A stretch of DNA of 63,897 nt, the filler included, from Globobulimina sp. (taxonomy: Eukaryota): the NCBI GenBank assembly GCA_003354225.1. It is 38 parts of 38 records of this genome, joined end to end, with 100 filler letters (N's around TTAATTAATTAA, not from the genome) between each part and the next. Parts side by side here need not be neighbours in the genome. Positions count along the whole stretch, not along the records: positions 48,850 to 50,433 come from PIVH01014512.1; positions 50,534 to 52,116 come from PIVH01014513.1; positions 52,217 to 53,799 come from PIVH01014514.1; positions 53,900 to 55,482 come from PIVH01014515.1; positions 55,583 to 57,165 come from PIVH01014516.1; positions 57,266 to 58,848 come from PIVH01014517.1; positions 58,949 to 60,531 come from PIVH01014518.1; positions 60,632 to 62,214 come from PIVH01014519.1; 30 more parts are not named here. The stretch is one strand, 5' to 3'. The notes under the pieces are model-generated. The model saw nothing but the letters and a program-made list of their open reading frames with translations. It searched no databases and was not told the DNA's origin. Of this stretch, positions 48,850 through 61,032 are shown piece after piece (positions within the stretch are counted from its first letter, which is position 1; every line of letters starts with the position of its first letter). The position numbers were made by a program, and so were the translations under genes.

Positions 48850-49585
48850 TATACAACATTCTTTTGTTGCTGGATGATAATAAGTGTCACAATAATCAAG
48901 GTCATCAGTAGGTGGTGCGCATAATGTTGGTGCAGGTGTAGTTGGTGAGGATGTTGGAATGGAAGTAGCTGAAAACAGTCAAGTGAAATGTTTTTTGTTT
49001 TTGAAAATGGTATTTAGTAACGTGTTTGTATGGTGTTGAGGAACGTGTTTTCGGTTGCGACACTAAACTTGTTTGTGATAATACGCCAGCAACTCTATGC
49101 TTTGGTGTGTGTTGAGTGAAAGCACCACTTGTACCATGAGCCCATATTGCATTTATTGTATTGCGTTGTTTAAGTGCATTGAAATTTAGATTTGAACGGA
49201 TTTCATTGGGGCTGGAAAGTGTTAACATTATTTGGCCATTCATTTCACGATTTGACATTACGGCCCAATTTGATGGTAGTAATGTTGGTATATTATGCGA
49301 GGAAATAAATACATCACTGACGAGTGCAGGTGTGTTAGGATTATATACAATACCATATGCGTTGGATGACATAGATGTTGCATTGAATGACACAGCAAAC
49401 CATACGTTATTATCTGGTACTTCACAAATAAGAGATAATAAAATCGTATCACCAATTTCTAATTCAATATGCATATCAACTGATGGATCGATTGAGGTAA
49501 ATATTACATCATCTGCACGTGCGATTAACTGAAGGAATATCACTGAAACAATGATTTTTATGAATGAGAAACGCGTACAAGACAT
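48850..49585 (-). CDS. Secreted DOMON-domain protein, 3' partial
   Basis: Signal peptide; VWFAVSFNATSM, YGIVY, V.D, IWAHG...TQH (candidate Met/His heme ligands). Confidence 0.75.
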
Positions 49586-49678
49586 GATGTTTGCAAATTT
49601 AACTAGAGTTTTTTGACTTAGCTTGAATGAGTTCGTTATCGTATAATATATACAACCCAAATTTACACAAAAAACAAA

Positions 49679-50433
49679 TTAAACAAGCGTGCCTTTACAA
49701 GAAGCACCACTACAATCCGCAAATGGATACTCTTTCTTCACAATTGAAACTTGCGAAGTCAAAACCATCTCACCATACTCCACTAAAAACCATGATTCAT
49801 CCTCAGGATCCAATTCATTTCCATGATCATGTAATTCTGTCTCGATCCGAACATCATCCACTCTTTCAAATGCACGGATTTTCACTCCAATCAGAAACGC
49901 TTCCCAATAATCATCCGTATATTCCGGAGCATTCGCTTGATACATTGCATACGTACCATTCATAAAAATGGGTTTTAAACCTTTGATCGGTCTCCATACC
50001 GACACCAGATTCATACAATAATCACCACTCACAATCCCACAGTCACATGGTTCATCCAATGACAACATACGAAAGTCTCTTCGTTGCACAGTCCCATCCT
50101 TCCCGCATGATCTGCCATGCCATACAACAACATCCACAATCTGTGTGGTATCACCTTCAAAGTAATATTACCATATGACCCATCACTTATATCCCAGCTA
50201 ACAATCGGCAATGAAACACCATTCAAATAAGCTCCAATGAATGTAGTCAACGATGGGATATCAGTTTCGACCGCAGTCGCTTGCGAATGATCAGCATCCG
50301 GATTAATTAAAAAATATTTTGGTTGCGCTAAATCGTTCCACCAAAATTGTTCATCATCGGGCATGAAAAATTCGTCCCAAGTTCCATCCACTACGAATTT
50401 AGCCAACTTCCTGTCATTATAACGAGGGAAAAA
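49679..50433 (-). CDS. PqaA (PhoPQ-activated)/AprA-like protein C-terminus, frameshift at ~50160
   Basis: KFVVDGTWDEFFMPDD..WWNDL..PK....P.ADHS; RRDFRM...PC.CG; YWEAFLI. Confidence 0.8.
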
Positions 50434-50533
50434 NNNNNNNNNNNNNNNNNNNNNNNNNNNNNNNNNNNNNNNNNNNNTTAATTAATTAANNNNNNNNNNN
50501 NNNNNNNNNNNNNNNNNNNNNNNNNNNNNNNNN

Positions 50534-52116
50534 AGCAGAATTATATTGATTTGAGAGAGAGACTGCATTATCTTCGGAATGCATATCGTAATTTATTTTA
50601 TATTTGGATCATTCCAGCGCCCGCCATTGGGATATGGCACCTCAAACTCCTATTAATTATACTTTCTCGGCACGCATACATAGTATATAGCACGAGCAGA
50701 AACGACACGGTGAACGCCGACGCCAATTCCTGGGATGCGGGGCTCGGTGTTTTTACCAGAGAGCGGCCAGTCGCCGCATTCAATTTGATGGAAGCAGCAC
50801 AAAAACAAAAACGAGTTTTCCCGGAGAAAAGGGATGCCGTTTGGGCCGCAATTAAACATCCCATAGATATCGATGAGAAATGGATGGAAAGTAAATCCAA
50901 GCCGGGAGCAGATACATTATATTTTGCCGTTGGTGAGAGTTAAGTTTTTATTTTTTGCCTTTGATTGAGTCATGTGTTTATTTTAACATTTAAGATATTC
51001 CGAAGCATATAAATCCAACAAAAAAAAGCAGCAAAGCTAAAATGAAGCAATTCACAGAATTAACCAGCAATGAGTTAGCCAATGTGGTTGAATATATTAT
51101 AAATAATATCAATGACACAAATGAGTTTGTGGCGAATAAAAGAGAGAATCTATATTTCCATAAAGATAATATAATAAATTATATGTTCTCACAAAATTGG
51201 AACGGTTGTTTTGATTTCGAATCCAAGACATTGACCACAGAAATATCGACCGTTTTGCGAGAAAATATCTCAAGCACAGCGTTGGAGAAATTAAGAAAAG
51301 AAATCGTTTCGTTCGACATGAAGTTATTTGATAGTATGGAGATTAAGCAATTTGCGTTAAGACCTGTGGTGATCAGAAAAGTATGTTCTGTCATGTTCTG
51401 TGACCCAAAACAGCACAAAATATACACTAAAAATGGTCATTGTTTTTGTAGGACGCACAAATTCAAAGAGCCAGCAAAACAGAAACAAAATCGGGATCTG
51501 CTGATATTGCGACGCAAAAACAAAATGAAGTATTGGATAAAATGCACAATCGACGATTTTACGAAATTGTCGAACAAGCCATCACATTGACAAATAACCA
51601 AATCGCTGCCAATATGTCACGCCTCCAACAAAACGAAATCATGTCGTTTTTAAAAAGTGCACAGGGTCTAAATGCAGATACATTTAAACCATTAAATAAG
51701 AAAACATTTTCTGACATTATCGTAGGCCAATCATTGAGCTCTGCGGGCACTGCAAGGAAATTATTTTACCAGATTCGGGCTTTAATCGTGGAACGAAAAT
51801 TAAGTGATTTGACGAATGATGAATTTTATTTTATTGTTGCACAAGGAATCGATGCGATAAATCAAGAAAATCGAACAGCAACATTTAAAGCTATAAATCC
51901 CGCACAAACCATCGGATGGATGAAAGATGAGAGAGTGGACGGTCCCAGTTTTGTGTGTAAATATCAATATGAAAACGTCGGAAAAAATGTAAAAATGATA
52001 TATGAATATCTCAAAGGATGTGATATTGAAGCTACGCTATGTTTAATGGCAGAACCAAAACGCATTTCCAATGCAAAACTATTAAAAGCAGACATTGAAT
52101 CTGATACTGAGAGCGA
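50534..52116 (+). CDS. Multi-exon hypothetical helical-repeat protein, partial
   Basis: ORFs joined by GT-AG introns (~50933-50994, 51381-51451); repeated 'LT.NE....V' units like those of 13481-14920. Confidence 0.6.
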
Positions 52117-52216
52117 NNNNNNNNNNNNNNNNNNNNNNNNNNNNNNNNNNNNNNNNNNNNTTAATTAATTAANNNNNNNNNNNNNNNNNNNNNNNNNNNN
52201 NNNNNNNNNNNNNNNN

Positions 52217-53641
52217 TTCGCATACGATATATCAATGCCTGCTGCTTCCAATAATGTGGGATACCAATCAATGATATGAACAAAACTATCATCACTGCCA
52301 AATGTGGTCCCTCTCACATCATCACTCAAATAGCCACCATTTATAAACGCCGGCACACGATAACCACCTTCAAATTGAGTTCGTTTCTGACCACGCAAAG
52401 GAAAGTTATCCCCACAACTTCCGTCCGCACCATTATCACTGCTAAATACCAATAATGTATTATGCCACATATTGTTTGCTTTTAACACTGTCACTATATC
52501 GCCGATAGCATCGTCCATAGAGGTGGTTTGTGCCTGATTACAGAGTCTTTTTTCTGTTTTAATTATCTGACCATCGGAGTCGTCATAGAGATTAATATAT
52601 TTCTCCGGAGCCTGTGATGGAGTATGGCTGCTTTGGAAGGCTAAATAAAGAAAGAATGGCGAACATGCTTCAGAGCCACAATCAGCATAATCATTAATGA
52701 TTTCCTCCGCTCTATTTCTAAATCTGTAAATGCTGTAATCTGCGTCATCCCCATCCAATGTTACGGTCTCTAAATTATTCCTCGCATCGCCAAACTCATA
52801 GGTTGTACCATCGAGCACTGTCTTTGCATTGGAAGTGAAATAATCAACTTCAGAATTGTAATACCCATAAAATGTATCATATCCTCGAAATGTCGGCGTA
52901 TATTCCATAGATTGAAAACCAAGATGCCATTTACTGTGCATATGTGTATAAATATGTGAATACTATATATCAACAACGTTTTTTTGTATGCGTCAGATAC
53001 GTACGGTCGATCACTGTGAAGCTGACTGTGGTGAAATAAGCTGGTCGATCATCATACAAATTGCACGAATGGATGGAATGTTACATTCAAAATGGATGGA
53101 TTTTGTTAAAGATTTTCAGTCAGATATGTTACATTCATAATGGATGGAATGTTCCATCATACAGTCTAAAGGGATTTTGTTAAAGATTTGCGAATTTAAA
53201 GGGATCGAAATTTTTGACGCGTTTTACAAGGGGAAAAATCCAGTGATATGTGTGAGTACTATATCAACAACGTTTTTTTGTATGCGTCAGATACAAATCT
53301 GACTGGTTGGGCTAAAGCGAAATTACTATAGGAATAACACATTGGTTCCATCGCTGCATTTCGCCGACCAGTAAGCCATTACACCACAATGCATGATATG
53401 CTGTTCACCATCAACAATGACCGTACGTTTCTGACCTTCAGTCTGACGCAACCGGCCAGGACCAATGATGTCAGATTTATATAAAAAATAAAGTATAATA
53501 TAATATAATACCCAATGGCGTGAGTGTCGTAACCGCCAGCTTTGAATTCTTCCGAAATTAATGAAACTTGGCGGGTTAAAGAGAATGCTGCTTGTTCGTC
53601 TATTGACAGTTGCAAATTTATACGATGTGGTAATCTGCCAC
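52217..53641 (-). CDS. Arylsulfatase B-like sulfatase, partial; exons 53512-53641 and 52217-52933
   Basis: GRLPHR, YDTHAIG|KWHLG restored by splicing, PTFRGYDTFYGYY, PFFLYLAFQSSHTP, FSSDNG, NFPLRGQK..FEGG.RVP, HIIDWYPTL. Confidence 0.93.
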
Positions 53642-53970
53642 CTTATAATTAATATTATATATACACATTAATTATTTTATTTATTTATCATAATTGGCAA
53701 GAATTTTCAGAGCCATGCAATAAATCTAAAATAAGGTTGTACGTACAACTGAAACAATATACTGCACATACTCGCAAGTCTACAAATACTGTTTCCATTN
53801 NNNNNNNNNNNNNNNNNNNNNNNNNNNNNNNNNNNNNNNNNNNTTAATTAATTAANNNNNNNNNNNNNNNNNNNNNNNNNNNNNNNNNNNNNNNNNNNNA
53901 TTAACCAATTATTTGAGAAGTGACTTCTTTAAAGTTTTCACTCACTTCAGTCCAACCAGCATTGCCTGAA

Positions 53971-55135
53971 ATGTCGATGAAATCTGGAATCTGTACAATA
54001 TGTCTTGAACCATTATGTAAAGACATTCAAGTTCCGTGTTCATCTTCAATTTTGTTGTGTTGTTGCTTTGTAATCGGTAAATGAAATGATTTAGGTTGGT
54101 CATTGTGGCCACGTGTTTCATAGATCGTGTATATACCGATGGATAGATTCAGCGCAGACCTGTCCAAATTGCAAGCAACATTTAGATGCCTCAGAATTAA
54201 CCAATTTGTTCTTAGATCCACTCGAAATTGTTAAAGAAGTAATGAATGACCCAATGGTTTTGCAAAGCGTCGACCCGCAGTTATTATTACTATTCGCGGC
54301 CAATAAATATGACACAGCCAACCATACCGATGATGAAGACGTTGATTTAGAAATATTAAGCTCCAAAAACAAAGGCAAAAAAAAGGGTAAAAAGGGTGCT
54401 ATAAACTTACAATTAGTTCAGGAGCAGATAAAAAGCACCGCCTTAACCACACAAAACGAAGAGTTAACTGCGAAAATCTCGCAATTAAACAAGAAAAATC
54501 GTCAAATCGAGGATGAAAAATCAGATTTAAATCGAAAGATTCAGTCTTATTTAAAAACTGCGCACGTTTACGAGAAGAAATATTTTGATTCAGACGAAAA
54601 AATATCCAAATTAACCATCGAATTGTTTCGAAAGAATCAAGCCTTAAATGCGTCAAAACGGGATATTGATAAATTAATTCGCAACAAGCAATTGTATGAC
54701 CACTGCGAGAGTCTTTCCATTGGAAACCTGTCGACTTTGAACGACATCGAAGGGGCAAACATCGAGAATAAAGACAAGGAGTATTGGGTTACGATGTATT
54801 TGTGGATCAAAAAAGAATATCAAAAGAACAAAGTGGACCGGGAAAGGGACAAAAAATCGCATGCGACGGCGCAGAAACAATGGAGTGCCACTTACGAAGA
54901 CCAAGCCATTCGAATCGACACTTTGTACAAATCTGGCATGGAAAAACAAGAGAAAATCAACAAATATAAGAAACATTATTATTCCTTAAAGGAAAAGCAT
55001 TTGGATTTACGGCACAAATTTAAAAACCTACAGGAAAATTATAGCAAAATACAAAGTAAAATGCCAATGGGTATGGATAAGGAGGAGGATATTAATCCGA
55101 TTTGTTATGAGGAGCAAGAAAATACGCATCCTTAG
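53971..55135 (+). CDS. RING-H2 E3 ligase with coiled coil (TRAIP-like architecture); intron 54031-54094
   Basis: Spliced CTICLEPL...|..HCGHVFHRSCIYRWI.....CPNCK followed by a long coiled coil. Confidence 0.85.
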
Positions 55136-55582
55136 AGTTTTGAAGAAATATACAAACTGTGTAAATGAAGCGGCTGATTTATCAAATAATGATTATCTTA
55201 TCCACTCAGAATTTAGTTGGAATTGAAAGTTGTATATTTGCGCTCAATGCGCTGCGTATAATAACTCAAGAGATTGGAAAAAATACCCTAAGACATTGGT
55301 AAACATATTAAACAAAAATCGACATTACATATTACGGCAAATTTATGCATGATATTGATTATTTTGTTGTATTTTATTATACAAAAACTTATAGTTTCGG
55401 TTCTGATTTGTTTACAAATTGTAAACAACCCCTTTTTTTTTGGAATCTAAAAGTCGAAACTTTTACTTTTCTATTTTCTTTANNNNNNNNNNNNNNNNNN
55501 NNNNNNNNNNNNNNNNNNNNNNNNNNTTAATTAATTAANNNNNNNNNNNNNNNNNNNNNNNNNNNNNNNNNNNNNNNNNNNN

Positions 55583-56516
55583 ATTTAACGATAATAATAT
55601 ATTATGGCAACTACCACAACATATTTTACCAATTTTGATATTGTTTTGAATAAAATATTGTATTCTTGTTGGTGAATATCTATTATTATCATCTCCATGG
55701 CCTAATCTGCCACGACCAAACACCATAATTATCATCAATTGCTAAGGTATGAGCACATCCACAATATATATCCTTAAATTTTATTTTTATTTGAATTTCT
55801 TGAATATTTGGTGATGATTTGATATTTTTACCTAATCCTAAACCACCACTATCACCATAATTATAACCAGCAACATATATTTTACTATTTGTGCTTAAAA
55901 ATGTTGTATATCCATATGTTGTGGCTACTTTTTGAATCGATAATGATGTATTAATTGATGTCCGTTTGTTATTATTTTCTGTCTTTGTTTGTATACCAAA
56001 TTGATTACAATAATTCCATCCGACAGCATATAATTTATTCTCATTTGAAATACAAAATGAGTGTGCTGATCCGTTTGGTGCTGAGAATATATTTTTTATT
56101 TTCATATCTTTTATTTGATGCCATATATTAATATTATTATAATGTCCAACACCTAATACACCACTTCTATTACAACCGCAACATTCATAGGTTTCATCAT
56201 CAAATAAAATATATGCTGCTACACCACTCAAATAACCACCACCACCACAAGTAACAATATTTTTTATGTTTTTTTTAAATGTTTTTATTTTTGTGATTTT
56301 TTGAATATCTTCATATATATTTCCTCCGTTTCCTTGTTGTCCTTCATAGTTGTCACCGATAGAATATAAATCAAATATTGTGTATGTTTTATAATAAAAT
56401 GCATGAATGATACTAATAATATCCGTATGGATGTATTGATATTTATGTTTTCTGACATATCCACTTACTAATAATTGTAACCGTATTTTCCTTGACATGA
56501 TAGTATAGGTCGACAT
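55583..56516 (-). CDS. RCC1-repeat protein with frameshifting deletion at ~55712 (possible pseudogene)
   Basis: GDNYEGQQG, GCNRSGVLG, GWNYCNQFG, CGCAHTLA...VWSW / GRLGHGD, ICCGSCH. Confidence 0.88.
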
Positions 56517-56541
56517 ACTGAAAAACTGTTTTGTTTGCTTC

Positions 56542-57153
56542 ATGGCAAGTAAATGTAATCCAGGAGCAGACCTTGCCGAACTAATACACACTCGATCAGA
56601 TGAGTTTGAATATTCATCATTCAATGACAACATTGAGAGCCAAACACATTTCACCGTGGCATCAATGTTGAAAGATAAAGACAAATATTATTTAGCGACA
56701 GTAGCAGTGTTTTTGTGTGGCATCGGATCGTTTCTAACATTTATGGTAACAGCAGCAGCTCCCGATTATATTGAGATGGCTTATCCGTCGCATCCAAACT
56801 TACTATATTGGTTCGTTTCAATTTATAACACGGCCAATATGTTTGGTTTAATTATCATGTTATCGCCAGCCGGCACATATATTTCCATTGCCGCCAGAAT
56901 CCAATATGGATACATCTTAACCGCCGCATGCACATTGTTCATCCCATTCATTCCATATTTATTTGCCGACTCTCAATTCAAAGTAGTAATGTTCCTCTCA
57001 ATAAATGGAGTCATATCTGGTCTATTCTCCGCACTTTTGGTCACCTCATTGTTCTCATTTGCTGCCATGCTGCCAAAGAATTATTTACTTACTGCAATTT
57101 CTGGACACTCGGTTGCCGGCATGTTATCTGCCATGATTCGAATCGTTAACAAA
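56542..57153 (+). CDS. Equilibrative nucleoside transporter (ENT/SLC29-like), 5' part
   Basis: DKYYLA...FLCGIGSFL, AAPDY, RI..GY, SLFSFAAMLPKNY..A..GHSVAG; five TM helices. Confidence 0.85.
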
Positions 57154-57265
57154 GTCTGATTCGATNNNNNNNNNNNNNNNNNNNNNNNNNNNNNNNNNNN
57201 NNNNNNNNNTTAATTAATTAANNNNNNNNNNNNNNNNNNNNNNNNNNNNNNNNNNNNNNNNNNNN

Positions 57266-57837
57266 GCGAGATCTAACGCTTTGAGATAAACAACAACGAT
57301 TTTATCCGTATTATTGGACAAATATTGTTTCATTTCATTGGATAAACCAACAAATTCAAACGGAATATTTGGCCAAATATACTCTTGAAACTGTGTAGGA
57401 TCTGCGGGAATGCTCAATGATGGAATAATACCCCATGGCGATTTTGGTCGATGTTTCTTTTTTTTTGCGTTTAATTTAATGGCAATGTCGCTCCATTCCA
57501 TTCGAATCACAAATGTTGCACTCTTAATTATGGCGGCGTGCCGGGATAATAACAGGGTAAAAGCAGACAATATGTCACTGTTCATACTGTGTTGTATATT
57601 ATCTTTGATATTGAAATGATTATATAATGATAAATAATGCATATTAAACCATATTCGATCAACAGTATTCGAATCAACATTTAATTGCTTTAGTATTTCT
57701 TGTTGGCATTGCTTTAATTGTTTCGCATCCATATAACAGAAATCATCCCATGTTTCGGGGAGTATATGTTTATTATCAAATGGTAATGGATCAACGTCTA
57801 ATCCCATTTCAACGCAAATGACTGACAACAGAGACAT
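57266..57837 (-). CDS. Hypothetical protein, partial
   Basis: ~190-codon ORF divergent from the G-alpha gene. Confidence 0.5.
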
Positions 57838-57930
57838 TACCTTCTCTTGAGTTGAGTTGTACAGTGTGTCCAAAATTATAAATGAAAAACAAAAACTTAG
57901 CAAAAAACTGTAGCAAGCGTGACATAAATC

Positions 57931-58848
57931 ATGGGTGCCTGTTGTCAACCAAGTGATCCAAATTCAAGCTATATTGACTCCAAAATGAAAGAAAATGAAA
58001 TGTATGAAAAATCATTGAATAAACTATTATTTCTCGGTCCTGGAGGTTCAGGTAAATCTACCATATTTAAACAGTTACAATGGTTACATGGCACTGGTTT
58101 CAGTGGTGGCGATATCGAGGAATTAAAACAACACATCAACGGCCAGATAATATCACAAATGAAATCAGCCATAAGACATTATTTACATGAACCATTACAG
58201 GACGACGATGAGTTACAAAGTGCCATAAATACAGTAAAAGCCCATCATAATTTACAGGAATTAACAAAAGAAATTGCTGATTGTATCTCATATATCTGGC
58301 AAAACGATGACAGATTGAAAGGGATCTTTGATACGCATCCATCTAAGAAAATATTAGAGGAATCGACGCAGCATTTTTGGGATTCGCTCGAAAGGATCGC
58401 AGCAGACGATTTCGTGCCAACTAAAGCCGATATTATAAACATTCGTAATCGTACAACTGGCATAATCGAGAAAAAATTTACATTAAAAAATTGTAATTTT
58501 CATATTTTTGATGTTGGCGGACAAAAATCAGAGAGAAAAAAATGGTTCAAATGTTTCGACAGTTACTGACGAATATATTATGTTTTTGTATTTTGTATTT
58601 TGTTGCTTGTAGAACTAAGAAACACTCCGTTCTCAAAAAACATAGCAAAATGCAAACGTATGTATGTATACAACGTATAATATATAGATGTTAAAGCCGT
58701 TGTATTTGTGGTCTCCATCTGTTCGTATAATGAGATGATGTTTGAAGATGAAACCAGGAATTGTATGGTTGACGCATTGGAGTTGTTTGAGCAAACAATA
58801 AATAATGAAATGTTTTGTGACACGAATATTATTTTATTTTTAAATAAT
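57931..58848 (+). CDS. Heterotrimeric G protein alpha subunit, 3' partial (intron 58562-58687)
   Basis: MGACC acylation motif, GPGGSGKSTIFKQL, R.RTTGI, FDVGGQKSERKKW..CF, IILFLN. Confidence 0.96.
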
Positions 58849-58948
58849 NNNNNNNNNNNNNNNNNNNNNNNNNNNNNNNNNNNNNNNNNNNNTTAATTAA
58901 TTAANNNNNNNNNNNNNNNNNNNNNNNNNNNNNNNNNNNNNNNNNNNN

Positions 58949-60531
58949 GTACTTGCTGATTCGCTGTCTGTATCAGTCTCATTGTTGTCAATTTGAACAC
59001 AATTCAAAGAGACATTTGAACCATAAATTTTAGATAAAATTCGAGGTACTATTATTGATAATGATGTGATTGTTTCCTCCTCAATGATATGTGTTAATAT
59101 TGATTTTAAACGTCCCAATGGTATTTTCTGTAAAATATCGTCGTTTGTTGAATTTATATCATATTCTAAAGCACATAATAGCTGTTTATATCTATAAAAT
59201 GATGAAATATTAATATCAATATATTCACCAATCCTCGTTTCAATCTCTTTTATTACTGCATTGTGTGTTGTTTTTGATATCAATTTTTTTAACCAATGTG
59301 AATATGTTGATTTTTTTGATGATGGATTTGTACTCAAAAATTGTTCTATTTTTGCATTTGTTTCCGGTGTAAACGATATTAATCCCGCATGTTTTTCAGG
59401 ATGTAATCCAATTACCAATGTCTTGTCATATTCAAATGACCAATTTTTATTTTTTTCAAATAATATTTTAAACTCTCTCTCTGGATTTAATTTGTTGTAA
59501 TTTGCTACATTGTTTCCTGTGATTTTATTCTTTAAATTAAACGGTACGTATTTGATATATTCGTCATTATTATTTCGTTGTATTGGGATTGGTGATGGCG
59601 CCAATTCAAAATTAATTGTTTCATCATCAATATGATTTAATATACATCCATTTTTTTTAATTTTACATCCGTTGATATGATATGTTCTTTTTATTTTATA
59701 ATTATCAAAACAATGTTGCTGCTCGATTGTATAACAATATTTTATAAATTCTGTTGGATATTTTTATAAATAGTTTGGAGATCTTAAACCTTGATAAATA
59801 ATATACTGCAGCAATGGTGGAATAAACATTGTAAAGTTTTCCTCGAAGTTTTCTAACGGTGGAAATATCGAAGTGTACAATGGCGAACCCATTGATCTTT
59901 TTCGATTTGTTTTAAAAACAAATTCTTTACATCGTTCCAACATATCTATGCGTTTGGAATCATCCAATAACTCAGAATATTCCTGCCTTGTTAATTTAAA
60001 ACATTCCTTAGGTCCAATATTCACAATAGAATATGATTTCTGATTTGGTTTTGATTGCCTTGAATAATGTGTCAATGCTCCGTTTTGTTGTTCTGAAGCC
60101 ATAGCTCTTGAATCACCGCCGGCACATTGAGCTGTATTAAACTCTATTTTATTTGTACAGACACAGTAAATAATATCAGTGATTCTCTTCTCTTCCTTGT
60201 CATTCCCAACCTGTCCTCCATCATGAAAATCATTTTCATATTGGCGAAACTCTACATTTATATATTTAGAGCGTAATTCCATTAAATCATATAACTTTGA
60301 TTGTAATTCAGTGAATATCTCTGTAATAATATCAATGTTTTCATGATCAAATGACTGCAAATTTGCGTACATATTATCAAATTTGATTGGTCGCATAAAA
60401 CCAAATGTTTTCAATGCTTTCTTATGGATATCAAATAAATATAAGCCATCCTGTGCTGATGACGATAAATCAGCTATAATTGATAATAATTGTTGGATAA
60501 ATTGTTGATTATGTAATAATTTTAAGCGTCG
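58949..60531 (-). pseudogene. Contig-spanning intronless reading frame interrupted by one in-frame TAA (59764-59766)
   Basis: ORFs 59764-60414 and 58897-59604 share a frame, with 53 sense codons between them. Confidence 0.65.
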
Positions 60532-60908
60532 NNNNNNNNNNNNNNNNNNNNNNNNNNNNNNNNNNNNNNNNNNNNTTAATTAATTAANNNNNNNNNNNNN
60601 NNNNNNNNNNNNNNNNNNNNNNNNNNNNNNNAAAACTTGATGGCGATGCACTGCGATGATGGCGATGCACTGCGCCATCATCATAATAATCCAAAAATTC
60701 ATCCCCTTTCCTTTCTATTCCATATTCCCAATTTAATTATTATAATTTGTAATATTGTAACGTGATAAAGATGCAGTTTGATATACTGCATTTTCACGTT
60801 ACATAATTAATTTTATTGTTGTATTTGTGGAGCATGCGTGTCATGGCAGAGGCTTGTGTTTAATTAAATAATTAATTATATAATCCATTAATCCATATCC
60901 ATTCCATC

Positions 60909-60989
60909 TCATCACCGTAGGATTCGAACCTACATTCATTTGGTTTGCAATCCATGCAACCAATGCTCTACCAATTGAGCTAGGTGCAC
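60909..60989 (-). pseudogene. tRNA-derived sequence (Cys-GCA-like) with defective acceptor and anticodon arms
   Basis: TAGCTCAATTGGTAGAGC D-arm/A-box and GTAGGTTCGAATCCTAC T-arm/B-box are intact; only 4 acceptor pairs; anticodon region duplicated (TGGTTGCA TGGATTGCA). Confidence 0.75.
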
Positions 60990-61032
60990 ATTTTTCTTAT
61001 TTGTTGCATTTATCATTTTTGAAAAAGTAAAT

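Noticed and set aside
57991-58060. Atypical G-alpha P-loop GPGGSGKST
   Set aside because: Switch Arg and Gln are intact; likely ordinary variation within a paralog family.
10111-60531. Alternative genetic code (stop reassignment)
   Set aside because: Conserved genes end at TAA (acetylesterase), TGA (SEC13) and apparently TAG (GNAT); in-frame stops are sporadic and mostly co-occur with frameshifts.
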